This document shows, piece after piece, positions 1 through 11,400 of a DNA stretch of 64,000 nt; position 1 is the stretch's first letter; each line of letters begins with the position of its first letter. Origin of the DNA: Octopus sinensis (lineage: Eukaryota); contig NC_043010.1 in the NCBI RefSeq assembly GCF_006345805.1, positions 33,356,001 to 33,420,000 of the forward strand. Direction: 5' to 3'. The position numbers and the translations under genes were made by a program. The notes beneath the pieces were generated by a model. That model searched no databases and had not been told where the DNA came from. It was given only the letters and a program-made list of their open reading frames with translations.

Positions 1-640
1 AGGTTTGGTTGTGTGAGCAGTGTGGAAGGACATATCTAGGAGAATGGTTTCAGTCCCACATTTAACTGTCTGATGAGTCAGAGGTGAAACATATGTTGTG
101 AAGAGTCATCAGTGTAGAACTGGTAGTGTCAACCAGTGAGTTGAGGTACCAGAGAACTGGCAAGGGTTGTTGTGCTTTGATTAGCTGTAAGTTGGAGCAT
201 TCTGTGAGGTGCAACTCTAAAAATGTTGTTGTTTTAACCCTAGATCAACCCTAATTGAACAGACTTATGATCAAAGGTATTCTAGCCAAGGCCATGCATC
301 TTTTCTGAAGTATGTCCTATTCCAAGACAGCAGGGTGTGATTTAAGAGAAATTTGGCTTTTTCTAGCAAGTTGTTACTACTTAGATGCTCTCTCCTCCCT
401 TTTCTCTGATAATGAAGTAAAAGCTTTGAGGTGAGAAATAGATCAATAATTTTTTAATATTTAATTTTATGGATTTGGGCAGGTGACAACACAAATTAGT
501 GCAAAATTTAGGGATGGAAAACTGCTCATCCTCAACAGTAGCTGCATTGGTGTAGGAGGAGTGAGAGAGGAAAGAAATGTGATGAGAATAAGTACAAAGA
601 AAGGTGAGGCAAGATGTCATCAGTGTAAAATAATTGGTAG
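1..640 (-). mobile_element. Highly degenerate non-LTR (L2/CR1-like) RT remnants
   Basis: Two related YADD-like motifs on the minus strand (YQFYTDDS near 105-135; QLFYTDDI near 612-638); little other homology visible. Confidence 0.35.
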
Positions 641-2428
641 TTGAACTACTGTTGATGTTGGAGAGGTTTGAAGAAAAGTAGTGGTTATAAAGAAACTTAG
701 CAGGGAGACTTAGAGCCACAGTAACTGGAAGTCTTTTTGCTTCCACTCTCTCCTCTTCTCATCTGGTTATCAACCAAATAATACTTTTCAGTGTGTGAAG
801 GTGGAATATAGAATGTAGTCTGAACAACAGATGAACTGGAAATAGATGAGAAATAGCTGGCACAGAAAAGAATAAAATTTGAATGAGGGAGGAGAAAAGC
901 AAGTATGCATATGTACACCCCTGCCACACACATCCTTAACTCTCTTAAGTTTGTTTCAACTACTGAATGAACTAGCACAAAGAATTACAAGGTTCCAGAT
1001 GAACTAGTCTCATTGACAGATTGTCAAAGAACTCTAGAAGAATTAAATGTCATTTTAATCTCTCATCAAAAATTTGAGTAGATGCCTAGAAAATTTTTCA
1101 TGTCTAAAAATGTTAGTAATAACTTTCTATTATTCAAAGAAACAAGAAACTTTTCTTTAATAACCAATGAAAATAGTCATAAACAGTTGTTATTATATAT
1201 TGCCTAGCACTTAGAAGAAAGGGGTTTTAAAGAAAATAGTGTATTTGAATGGTTGTTTTTAATTTAAAAAAACACTATTTTATGAATGAATCAATGCTTA
1301 AAATTTTAGACATGAATTTGAAACAGAAAAGGCAAGATACCTACTTAACTCTTTTGAGAGAAATATTAGTATAATTTGTAACTTGATTAACCAAGGAATG
1401 GTCAGTACTTAATAACAAACCAGTGGGACTGGTTTATTGTAATTAGAATTATTATTAAAAGAAAGAAAAGTGTTGGCCTTGTGCGAAAATTAGAAAGAAT
1501 TATCAATATGAATTGTGTTCATGGCCCATGTAGGCCCTCTAAGAGTGGTTAAGTTGGCTGCTTCAAGTTGATTGCTACAGAAAGAACTAGGGCAGGAAGG
1601 GAATTCCAATGGGATGTTATTCAGGGAAGGGAGGGACTTGGAAATGATTATTGTAGGCCTGGGAATACAATATGCATGTTTCAAATTGGTACTAATAATG
1701 TTTAGAGATTTTTAAAATTATTATTTTATTTAATTTTATAGTTTAATGAGAGTTTCTCTAATTTCTATTCTCAGTCTCTGCATAGGAGAATAAAAATAGA
1801 TAGGCTGTGGATAGCCTCCTCCTCTTTACATTAACAAATAAATATAAAAATTATTTTGATTGTATATTATTTCTATTTCCTAGGTCCATGTGGATAAATG
1901 TTGTGCTGGAATCGAAGCTGCTGAACAATTGGCCAAAAAGGAGGAGAACTTCCTCTACCTGAGTAGATTTTCCTGCATGTTGTTAATTGGAATGTCAACA
2001 AATAAATCATAAAGTCACACACACACAAACACAGTCTCTCTCTCTTGCACAGATATAGTGATAAGCATAATCTTACAATAATACTTTCCAAACATCCTCT
2101 CACAAAGATATATAGTAGTATTTCTACAATAAAAGATATATGCATTCATAATTTAGTTCATGTGGTTATTTCTTGTTGGTGCGTCAAATAATTATGATAA
2201 AAGTGGCATAATTGAAATATGTTTACAATAAAATAGCAGAGAAAATATAAAGACTCCAGTTACAAAGAAAAAGTGATTAGCCAGTCATCTGGCAAACAAT
2301 GTGCTATTCTGATACTTTCTGTGGGTCTGTTTCTCTTTTCTAACCAAAATTAGTTTTTATGTCTGTGTATCATCATTATTTTTATATCCCATTTTTCAGA
2401 CAGACATAGGTTGGACAAGACTACAACA

Positions 2429-3582
2429 CTAGCAAATCTACCCATCTATGATGGGGACATAAAATGAGGGAGGGCGGTCACAAGAGCAGTATGTATTGAG
2501 AAATGTATAAATGGACTTGATAGATTATTGGGTGATGTCTTAAAGAAATCACATTATTGTTGGTGATGCAGCATTCTATTGCAGCTACATGACATGTTTG
2601 CGACTAAGTGACGTGATGACAATTCACTCCCGAACTGAAATAAGCTCCTAGCCCCTGTATCCTGAATGGTTATGGGGACCACACCTAACAAAAGCCAGAC
2701 CTTCCTTCAATCACTACACAAAAAGTATTAAGAAAAAAAATGTTATTTAGATATACTTTTATTTTAGTTGTTTACGCTATTTTATGCAGGCTTATAGTCT
2801 TAAACATTCAAAGTTCACAAATTTCCTTATTTAAATTGTGAATCATATTCCTTTCGATAATATCAATATGATTACAAAACTTCTTTGTAGACGATATTTT
2901 CTGTTTGGTCGACACTAATTTTCAAATTACTGGAGTCCTTTTCTCTACTCATGGCGACATATAACTGGCTGTGCATAAACATCAGAACAGGTAAAAATAC
3001 TCCTACACGATCTAAAGTCTGGCCTTGTGCCTTGTTTGCTGTGAATGCATGCACAAGTAGAATCTTTAGGTATCTGCCCATCTACGATGGGAAATAAAGG
3101 GATAGTATCGCAAATCTAAACCCTCTAAATTCACGAACTATATAGGGAGGGGAATCCAGAGTTAATCCTCGTTACTGGAATTTAAGAAAAAAATCAAAGG
3201 TGATTTATTGATACAAAACTCGATATACACTAAATAATCATACTTCTTCACATTTTTTCCTATTTACCTCCTTTGTAATCCGGCCATTTGACCATGAAAA
3301 GGGAGCAGACAGACGGAAAGACATAACACTCATTATAAGAAGTTGACTTACTTCCCTTTACTTCTTTTATTAGTTATCTCCCCCGTAATTTTTATTTACT
3401 TTTTTACACCTGTGAACTGAACAATTACCTTCAGTATCCAGTAATAATCGTAATTTTTCATGTTTTTTTCACTAAAAACTTCCTTGATTTCCTCCTTCAT
3501 AATTCTGAAAAACACTGGTCCAGCTCTTTGACCATGAAGAGGGCAGAGACAGATGGATATAACGCCCATTATAGTAAAATGA
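2429..3582 (-). mobile_element. Non-autonomous composite Helitron carrying the C-terminal fragment of the Pif1-like helicase
   Basis: Minus strand: A|TC 5' end at 3582; 3' hairpin CCCATC-ATA-GATGGG (2441-2455), 8-nt spacer, CTAG|T at 2429-2432; internal ORF fragment (2872-3055) AFTANKAQGQTLDRVGVFLP..MFMHSQLYVAMSR...TENIVYKEVL* is the canonical RepHel C-terminus. Confidence 0.88.
3066..3340 (-). mobile_element. Inner mini-Helitron (second 5' and 3' terminus pair) within the composite Helitron
   Basis: Second 5'-end motif TCTTATAATGAGTG...GTCTGTCTG...CATGGTCAAA at about 3340 and second hairpin CCCATC-GTA-GATGGG (3077-3091) followed by CTAA (CTRR) at 3066-3069. Confidence 0.7.
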
Positions 3583-3679
3583 TATCCTTCCTGTCACCAA
3601 CTCTTGTTTTTTTCTTTTTTTAAGTAAGGTATTTTTATTCCATTAGTATTAACATGTTGCTGCCAATGAAACTTGAGCT

Positions 3680-4110
3680 ACAGGATGCATTGTTTACCTT
3701 GGTAGATAAAGCAATTAAGGGTATGAAGACAGGGAAAGCTTCCAGCCCATCAGGAATCACCGCAGAGATGCTTAAAATATCTAGCAGTGTTGGCTATAGT
3801 CTAGTCACCCGTATAGTCAATCAGGTGACACATGAAAGAGGAGCAGCACCATAGTCAACTGCTACAAAAGTAAAGGTGATGATGTATTAGATACGAATAA
3901 TAATAGAGGTATTAAGTTGTTGGATCAGGTAATGAAAGTCACGGAGAGGGTCAGTTTAGATGAGATGCAGTTTGGGTTTGTGCCAGGAAAAAGCACCACT
4001 AATGCTATATTTCTGGTAAGACAACTGCGGGAGAAATACCCAGCCAAAGATAAATCTCTGTACCTGGCTTTTATTGACATAGAGAAAGCCTTTGACAGAC
4101 CTGGGATGAG
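3680..4110 (+). mobile_element. RTE-clade LINE reverse-transcriptase fragment (degenerate)
   Basis: KAIKGMKTGKASSPSGITAEMLK...RGIKLLDQVMKVTER...[27 protein letters not shown]...LYLAFIDIEKAFDR. Confidence 0.9.
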
Positions 4111-4970
4111 GTGGGCCTCACAGTGGCGATGACAAGTTTCTCCTCCCATTCATTCTCCACATTCAGCAGTCTTTCATAATAGCATTTTGAAGCCTCTTCT
4201 TTGCATAATCATTAAATACAAGTGCACCATCATCCATGCAGACACATTTCTCTCCTATGACATCATGATTTCTCTCATAAATTGTCTTGAAATCCGAAAC
4301 ACTCTGTATTTAAGAGCAACACTGCATCCTGCTGCTTGGTGAGAATGTAATCAATCTGGCTAGCGTAGCCACCTGATTGGTAGGTTATCAGCTGGCTGGT
4401 CAGCTTCTTGAAGTTAGTGTTGCAGATCAATAGGTTATTTGCATTACAGAACACCAGTAACCCTGTTCCCTCCAATTCCATGGCCCCCATGTACATCATG
4501 GAAAATACCGGGCTGCCGTTTGATATGCTCATTGAAATACCCAGCCACAAAGATGAGATTCTTGTCATTTGTCTTGGAGGTAGCCTGCAGGAGAATATCA
4601 TAAAAATAGTCCTTCTGTTCATTTAGTAGGCTTGCTTGTAGGGTATAGACAGAGATAATTGATGCTATGCTATTCTGCAAGACTAGCCCAAGCTTAAGCA
4701 CTCTATTGCTCACTCTGACTACTTCTATGACCTTATCTACCCATTTCTCTGCAAGAAGTATACCTACACGTCTTGCCTGTGAGGAACATGGCTGAAGCTC
4801 CTCCCCACCTTACCTCCTGAATGCAGCATACAACAACATGCCTCCATTCAAGCAGCTCAACAATCTTGCAAGATCTACTTTTCAATGTGCCTATATTCAC
4901 AGTGCCAACCCTGAGAACTGGGTAAGGGACACTGGAGGTTACATGGGCAGGAGAGATGGTATTGGGCACC
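4110..4970 (-). mobile_element. RTE-clade LINE AP-endonuclease and linker fragment (degenerate)
   Basis: RVGTVNIGTL...CCIQEVRW, IISVY, LIFVAGYFNEH, NNLLICNTNFKK...SQIDYIL, YERLLNVENEWE across frameshifts. Confidence 0.88.
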
Positions 4971-6949
4971 TGAAAAGAAAGTTTCAGTGATTGTTTGGCA
5001 ACCGAAATGTCACATCGGTTCGTCTCGCTTTAACCTACCATCATTCAAACATGTTAAAATTGTTGTCCCTATTGGTAGTGAGTAGCGTTGTAAATATAAG
5101 CATTACTGCCGCAAATATAAATAGGTCAATGTATAAATTAATTAAATAAATGATCTGCCATGGTTATTCCGTTATATATAGGGAGAAAGAGGTAGGTGGC
5201 ATGTTAATTTACTAATAATTTCCTAAGTAACATATCACCCTTTGGTGCATGCAGTTTTGTTGGAAGGAGGGAAGAAGGTATGTAAGTCTTCTGGTTCAGA
5301 AGCAAGGCAGAGCCCTGTAGGGGTTTCCAGTATAGGTGGTGGGGGCACTGCAGACAAGCAATGGCCAATTTACTATTGTTGGGGAGAGAGACATGACTAT
5401 ATTGAGAGACATAAGTAAAACAAGAATGCATACAAATTTTAGAGAACAATGTCGAAAACATTATGAAACAGTGACAGAGAACTAAGATTTTAGGGAATTA
5501 CAGTTTGAAGGTTATTTGAAGAATCAAACATGTAATATAAACATGATAGTACATGTTGGTATTACGGGTTACATGAGTGAATGAATGAATGAGGCAATTG
5601 AGAAAATGAGAGAAAAATTCTTAGCTATGCATATTGCAAAACAACAGTGAATCAAGTGGCGTAAAAGTCTAAGAAAACATGTGCTAAAGATCCTTTATAA
5701 GAACTACAGCCGGAAGTGGTCAAATAAGATGGTCAGTTTTATTTAAGGAAAAGTTTGGTAACAAAACTAAAATCAAAAAGGAAAATTTTTTGTTTTTAGA
5801 TTGAAACAATAAATCAGATTCATTTCTTTAAAATAATAATTTACATATTTTATTTACAGTTGGTAAAGAAACTTTGTTTGGACAGTATGAAATCTCTGAT
5901 TTTGGCTATTCTGGTCAGTATTGTATTGGTCATGTTAGATGTTTCATTTAATTATATTCTCAGTCAAATATACTTAGAAACCAAAGGAGTTCCTATCCAC
6001 AATCTTGGTTATGTTTCTGACTAACATTAATAATATCTATGAGAAAAGCATGTATATCACATCTCATTCCCTTATGAAATTTTTGGGGGACAAAAACAGT
6101 TAAAAGACATTAGTATTTATTTACTTATATGAAGCATTGTAGCTTGATTTTATTATTACAGGTACAACATTGATTTTCTGAAAACTTTCAGATGACTGAT
6201 TTTTCCAAACCAGGGGTGGTCACCTCTATATTAAACAAATATTAAATTTACTTAATTAAATGAAATATAGAGCTACCAAGTAAGCTAGTCTGGCAACTGT
6301 GAGAATTTGAAGTTCCTGTTCATAAAGCAGAGTGGATTACAAGAGGTTCTGGACCATCAGAGTCCGGAAAGTCAGTGTTGTACCTATTTAGAACTTAAAT
6401 ATTACAAAAGATAGGGGATGGGAGCAAATATTTGATAATTCTTGTTTGTCACAAAGCTGGACTTCTCTCCAAACTATGTCAACATAAAAATATCTTTCAA
6501 CTAGATGTAGGGCGTTGTGTAAGATGGTGTACCAAATTCAGTGTATTACTGGTATGTATCTTGGCACAAAGCCAAGGAAATGGGATGCAATATATGACCT
6601 GGTGACTATTTTTTCAACCTGCAAGGCTGAAAGAGTCTCGGTGAGATTTGAACTCAGAAAATAGATATATCTAAATATTGTCATCAACCACTTTTATGTG
6701 TAATTCTATTTTTAAACAGATACAAGAACACATTTCTAGGGAGGAGTGTAATTGACTCAATTGATTCCTCCAGTAATTCATTGGTCCCAGAAGGATGAAG
6801 GGAAAATCTGTCTTGGCTGAATTTCAATGAAAAAAGTTAAATTGTTGTAACTAAATTGCATTTCAATTTAGAGAAGTGTTGATTACAGCAACCCCATTAT
6901 TTGACAAGAAATTTATTTTATCAATCAAAATCAAAGTGAAATTCGATGA

Positions 6950-7455
6950 CAGGCACCCGTGCTAGCGGGGTGCAAAGAGCACCATATGAGCATGATCGTT
7001 GACAGAGCAGCTAACTGGCTTCTGTGCCAGTGGCACATAAAAGGCACCATTCGAGTGTGATCGTTACCAGTGTCGCCTTACTGGCACTTGTGCCCCGTGA
7101 TAGTAGGGTGCTAAGAGCACCATCCGAGCGTGATCGCTGCCAGAGTGGCTAACTGGCTTCGGTGCCGGTGGCATGTAAAAGGCACCATTCGAGCAGGATC
7201 GTTACCAGTATTGCCTTACTGGCACCTGTGCCGGTGACATATGTAAAAAGATTTGAGCGAGGTCGTTGCCATTACTGCCTGACACGTAAAAGCACCCACT
7301 ACACTCTTGGAGTGGTTGGCATTAGGAAGGGCATCCAGCTGTAGAAACTCTGCCAGATCAAGACTGGAGCCTGGTGCAGCCATCTGGTTCGCCAGCCCTC
7401 AGTCAAACTGTCCAACCCATGCTAGCATGGAAAGTGGATGTTAAACGATGATGAA
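6950..7455 (+). mobile_element. RTE-type 3' tail (LINE 3'UTR or derived SINE) with internal 65-70 bp tandem units
   Basis: Ends in ...gagtggttggcattaggaagggcatccagctgtagaaac...catgctagcatggaaagtggatgttaaacGATGATGA, the same tail as at 26790-26958. Confidence 0.8.
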
Positions 7456-8394
7456 CCCTCGGAAGGACAAAAGGCAAAGTTCATCTCAGAGGGATTTAAT
7501 TGCAAAACGTTAAATGGCTTTAACTAAATGCAGCAAAGCATTTTGTCCAACACTAAAGATTCTCCCATTCATCATCCTCTAATAATTGCTTCCAATATAG
7601 GCACAAGGCCAGACATTTAGATTGAGGAAACAGTTAATTATATTGCCTCCATATTACTTACCAAAAACTTTATTTTCCTTAACCACACCAAAGAATGGAA
7701 GGTAAAGTTGACACCAGGGGATTTAAACTTAGAATCTAAAAGGTTGTATTGAAACACCACAAGGTATTTTATTTGCCATGAATCCACATCCCTCTAGTAT
7801 TAAAAGTCAGTCAGAGTTCATATTTAGAATGGAGAGATAGGAAGTTGTGACATTTAGATATATTAGCAAAGTAGGTTAAGTACTTTCTGCATAAAACTGA
7901 AACTAAACTGAAGACTAAGGTCAATCATGCACAGCTGGTGATAGGTTTATGATGTTTATGCCTTTACTAAAATCTTTGGTAGCATAAACAAAATGGCATC
8001 ATCCAGAATGTAAAAAGGTAGTATAGTGTGTATAGTGCAATGTTTGATAATATAAATAATAATTGATTTTAATGCAGGTAAGGAGGTTGTGATGTTCATG
8101 TATCTCTGAAGAATGTTGGTGTACCATCTTGTCAATAACCTCTACTAAATATGCCAAATAGATTCTGTAATCATTGGTCAGCCTTAACCATACAAAAGTT
8201 GTGAAATTCATGCCTTACCTAAGGACAGGAAAAAAATACAACTGTGAATCAGATGATTTCTGAATTAAGCCTATTGAGATTGGGGAAAGGAAAAAGGAGT
8301 TTGTGTTATCTATTCAGAGTTTTCATAAGAGCACCAAGTCTGAACTGTTTCTGCAGAGAATTCATTTGCCAAGAAGACAGCTGTACATTATTTG

Positions 8395-8441
8395 TTATGA
8401 TGAATTCAGGTTGTCCATTATGATATCAACTTGTTTTAGTT
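8395..8441 (-). CDS. COMMD4: COMMD4 terminal coding exon 9
   Basis: tttctag|(E)[14 protein letters not shown], matching the ELKQ...M..L C-terminal helix of COMMD4. Confidence 0.9.
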
Positions 8442-11400
8442 CTAGAAATATAAAATAAAGAAAAAATTCACTTTAAGAAAAATGGAGAAAAAATTTTTTT
8501 TTAAATTCAATCACAGTAATCATAAATATTGCTTTAAAATTAGTTTTTCCAAATTGGAAATGAGCAAATGTTATCTCATATTTGTGGCATAATATCCAGA
8601 GACAAATCTGCCTCACTTCCTCTCACTTTGTCAACACACTTTTCATTCATCTTCTATTATTTACATGTCCCTCTCAGTTAGCATAGTTATCTCTCCTTCA
8701 TATACTGATTAATACCTTTAATGCCCTGACACTTTCTCAACTCATTTATACTGTCTCTCATAGAAGACATTATACATCCAACAGATTATATTCAACTTCT
8801 CTCTAGTCTCCATATTCAGTGTCTATATTGTTGTTATCCCCAAATCACCCCATAACTAATGTACCTCATCTATGACGCCCACCACACTCAATCAGCACCA
8901 GTGTATCAAGGACCTTTGTAGGGATGTGAGGCTTCCTCTAGGAGATACAAGCAAAGGCGTCTACTCAATGTCTTTGAGCATAACAGACCTGGTCCTCTAG
9001 ATTGGTAGATGGACAGAAGGTTAACAGGACTGCCAGCTAAAAACATTAGATAGAAAGCAAAAAAAAACTCACTTATCTTGAGGAAAGAAAGTTCCCTGCC
9101 TCAGAAATTGATGACATCCTCTGGCTAAAGCTCTTCTGAGGTTAAAGTGCCCTCTGACATCAGGACATGAAGATGATATCTATACACAAGTAATAGCACT
9201 CAAAACTATCTAACAATGTAAAATTTTCTTAAGTAACCAACAGGAATAAGAATCATCTCAGCAACAGACAAACAAGATGAAAAGAACTGGGAGTTACTAG
9301 AAAGACTGCATGAGAAAGGAGAACTTGGATGTCCTATGTATCACAGGAGACTGAAAGGCTGAGATGAACTGCAACTAAACCTACATTATTCAATATACAC
9401 TTTTTTTAACATGGTAAAGTGAGCTATGAGAGAGATTCAGCTGTTATTTCATGAAGGTCAAGCAACCATTAACATTTAAACAGTGGGAAAGGGTTGCATG
9501 AATGTATGTACCAATTAGGCAAAAAGCAAAAAATATCTCAAGAGTAATTTTTATACATACCCACTTTAAATAAGCACAAAAACTATAATAATTGTTAGTC
9601 TCTTGTACAATAACATTTTCAATCTCATTAAAAAGTGTTGTAAAATATTCACTTTTTTTTTATGATGGTTGTATCTATGTAAAACTTTTGAAACGTCAAT
9701 TGATAATGTCTGCTGTTTTCTATTGAAATATCAATTGATGATTTCTGCTGCTTATGGGGTAAAAGTTCAAGTATCCATCATATTCCTTTCCAAACATAAA
9801 TTACATCTTATCTTTTACTTGTTTAAGTCCTGAGACTGTGACCATGCTGGGACACCACTTTGAAAAATTTTTTAGTTGAATCAATCAACCCCAGTACTTA
9901 TTTTTTAAGCCTGATACTTATTCTATCAGTTTCCTTTGCCAAACCACTAAGTTATGGGGATGTAAACAACCAACACCGGTAGTCAAGCTGTGGTGGAGGA
10001 CAAACACAGATATGAAGACACATATATATACAGGATAGGCTTCTTTCAGTTTTTGTCTACCAAATCCACTCACAAGGCTTTGGTTGGCTTGAGGGTATAG
10101 CAGAAGACACTAGCTCAAGGTGTCATACAGTGGACAGAACCCAGAACCATGTGGTTGGGAAGCAAACTTCTTACCACACAGCCACGCCTGCATATTATAA
10201 AAAGTTACAACCTATTTTTAGAGGATCTTGGATGTTGTCCACTAAACATATCTCTCACAATTCTTGTTAATTCCAGGTAAAATAGCTACTTCAAAAGAAT
10301 AGTGGTCTCTGTACTGGTTGTAGATAAAATAAAGAAAGAACAACACATTTTACCAACTCCTTAGGTGTACTAATGGACACAGAGTAGGTTGTTTGTATTT
10401 ATTCTAGCATCACTGTTGCCATTTCAGATATAACAGTATTTTATTTTAGGTCACACTTGAACTTTGATTAGGGTTAGTAATTGTTAGAAACTTCTCTGGC
10501 TCTGAGGAAGCAAGCCAGTCTTTGCGATAGTCTTTAGTATGGTAAGGAGAGTGAGAGATCATCAGTGCTAGTGAGACCCAGCATTTGTAGCAATTATGAG
10601 TTCTGTTGCTGGTTTTTTGTTTAATCTCTAGACAGGACAATAATGTTTTTATGATTCCTAACATGTATATACACTGATATGAAAAACTGCTAAACATGCA
10701 CGCACACATATATATTTAAACATTTTGACATCATTGTTATTATGCTTGCATGAGTCAGACAGGATTAGCTGAAGCAGCTTTTCTATAGCTGTATGTCCAT
10801 CCTGTCACCAACTCTTACTTGTTTCCAAGCAAGATAATATTCTTCCATGGCCAGACATGCTTATCAAAAATGGCTGGAAACAAATAACATCATTTTTATA
10901 AAAGTGATGCTTGTTTACAATCATCATTTGAGGTCAAGGAAAAGGCACATGCATGCGTGCATATACACGCTCACACATTCACATGCGATGGGCTTCTGTG
11001 TACGATATCTATTCACATGGCTCTGATCAGTCTAGGACTTTTGTAGAAGGCTCTGACCACATGTGCTGCACAGTGGAACAGAACCCAAGACCACATGCTT
11101 CTCAACAACACAGTCACCTCTATGCCGAATCACAAAAATATCCTCTTTAGAAAACCAGGACTTAAAAATTCAAATTTAAATAGGCTTTAATCAAAAGACT
11201 TACCATTTAGAAAAACACGAAATTTTTCTGCAGACATATTAAATACAACTGGTTTTGCGTTTCCTGTGTCTGGGTTTACAACTTTTAAACATATCTGTAC
11301 ATTTGGTTTGTTTACTGTCTGGAAAAGAATTCAAGAACATTGAAATAACAAAAACTGACCAGCTGTTGTTATTGCTTCTCCTCATGTACTGCAATGGCTA

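Noticed and set aside
66-100. CTGATGAG...GAAAC...GTT hammerhead-like string
   Set aside because: Stems I and II cannot pair; it lies in a degenerate LINE remnant and is consistent with chance.
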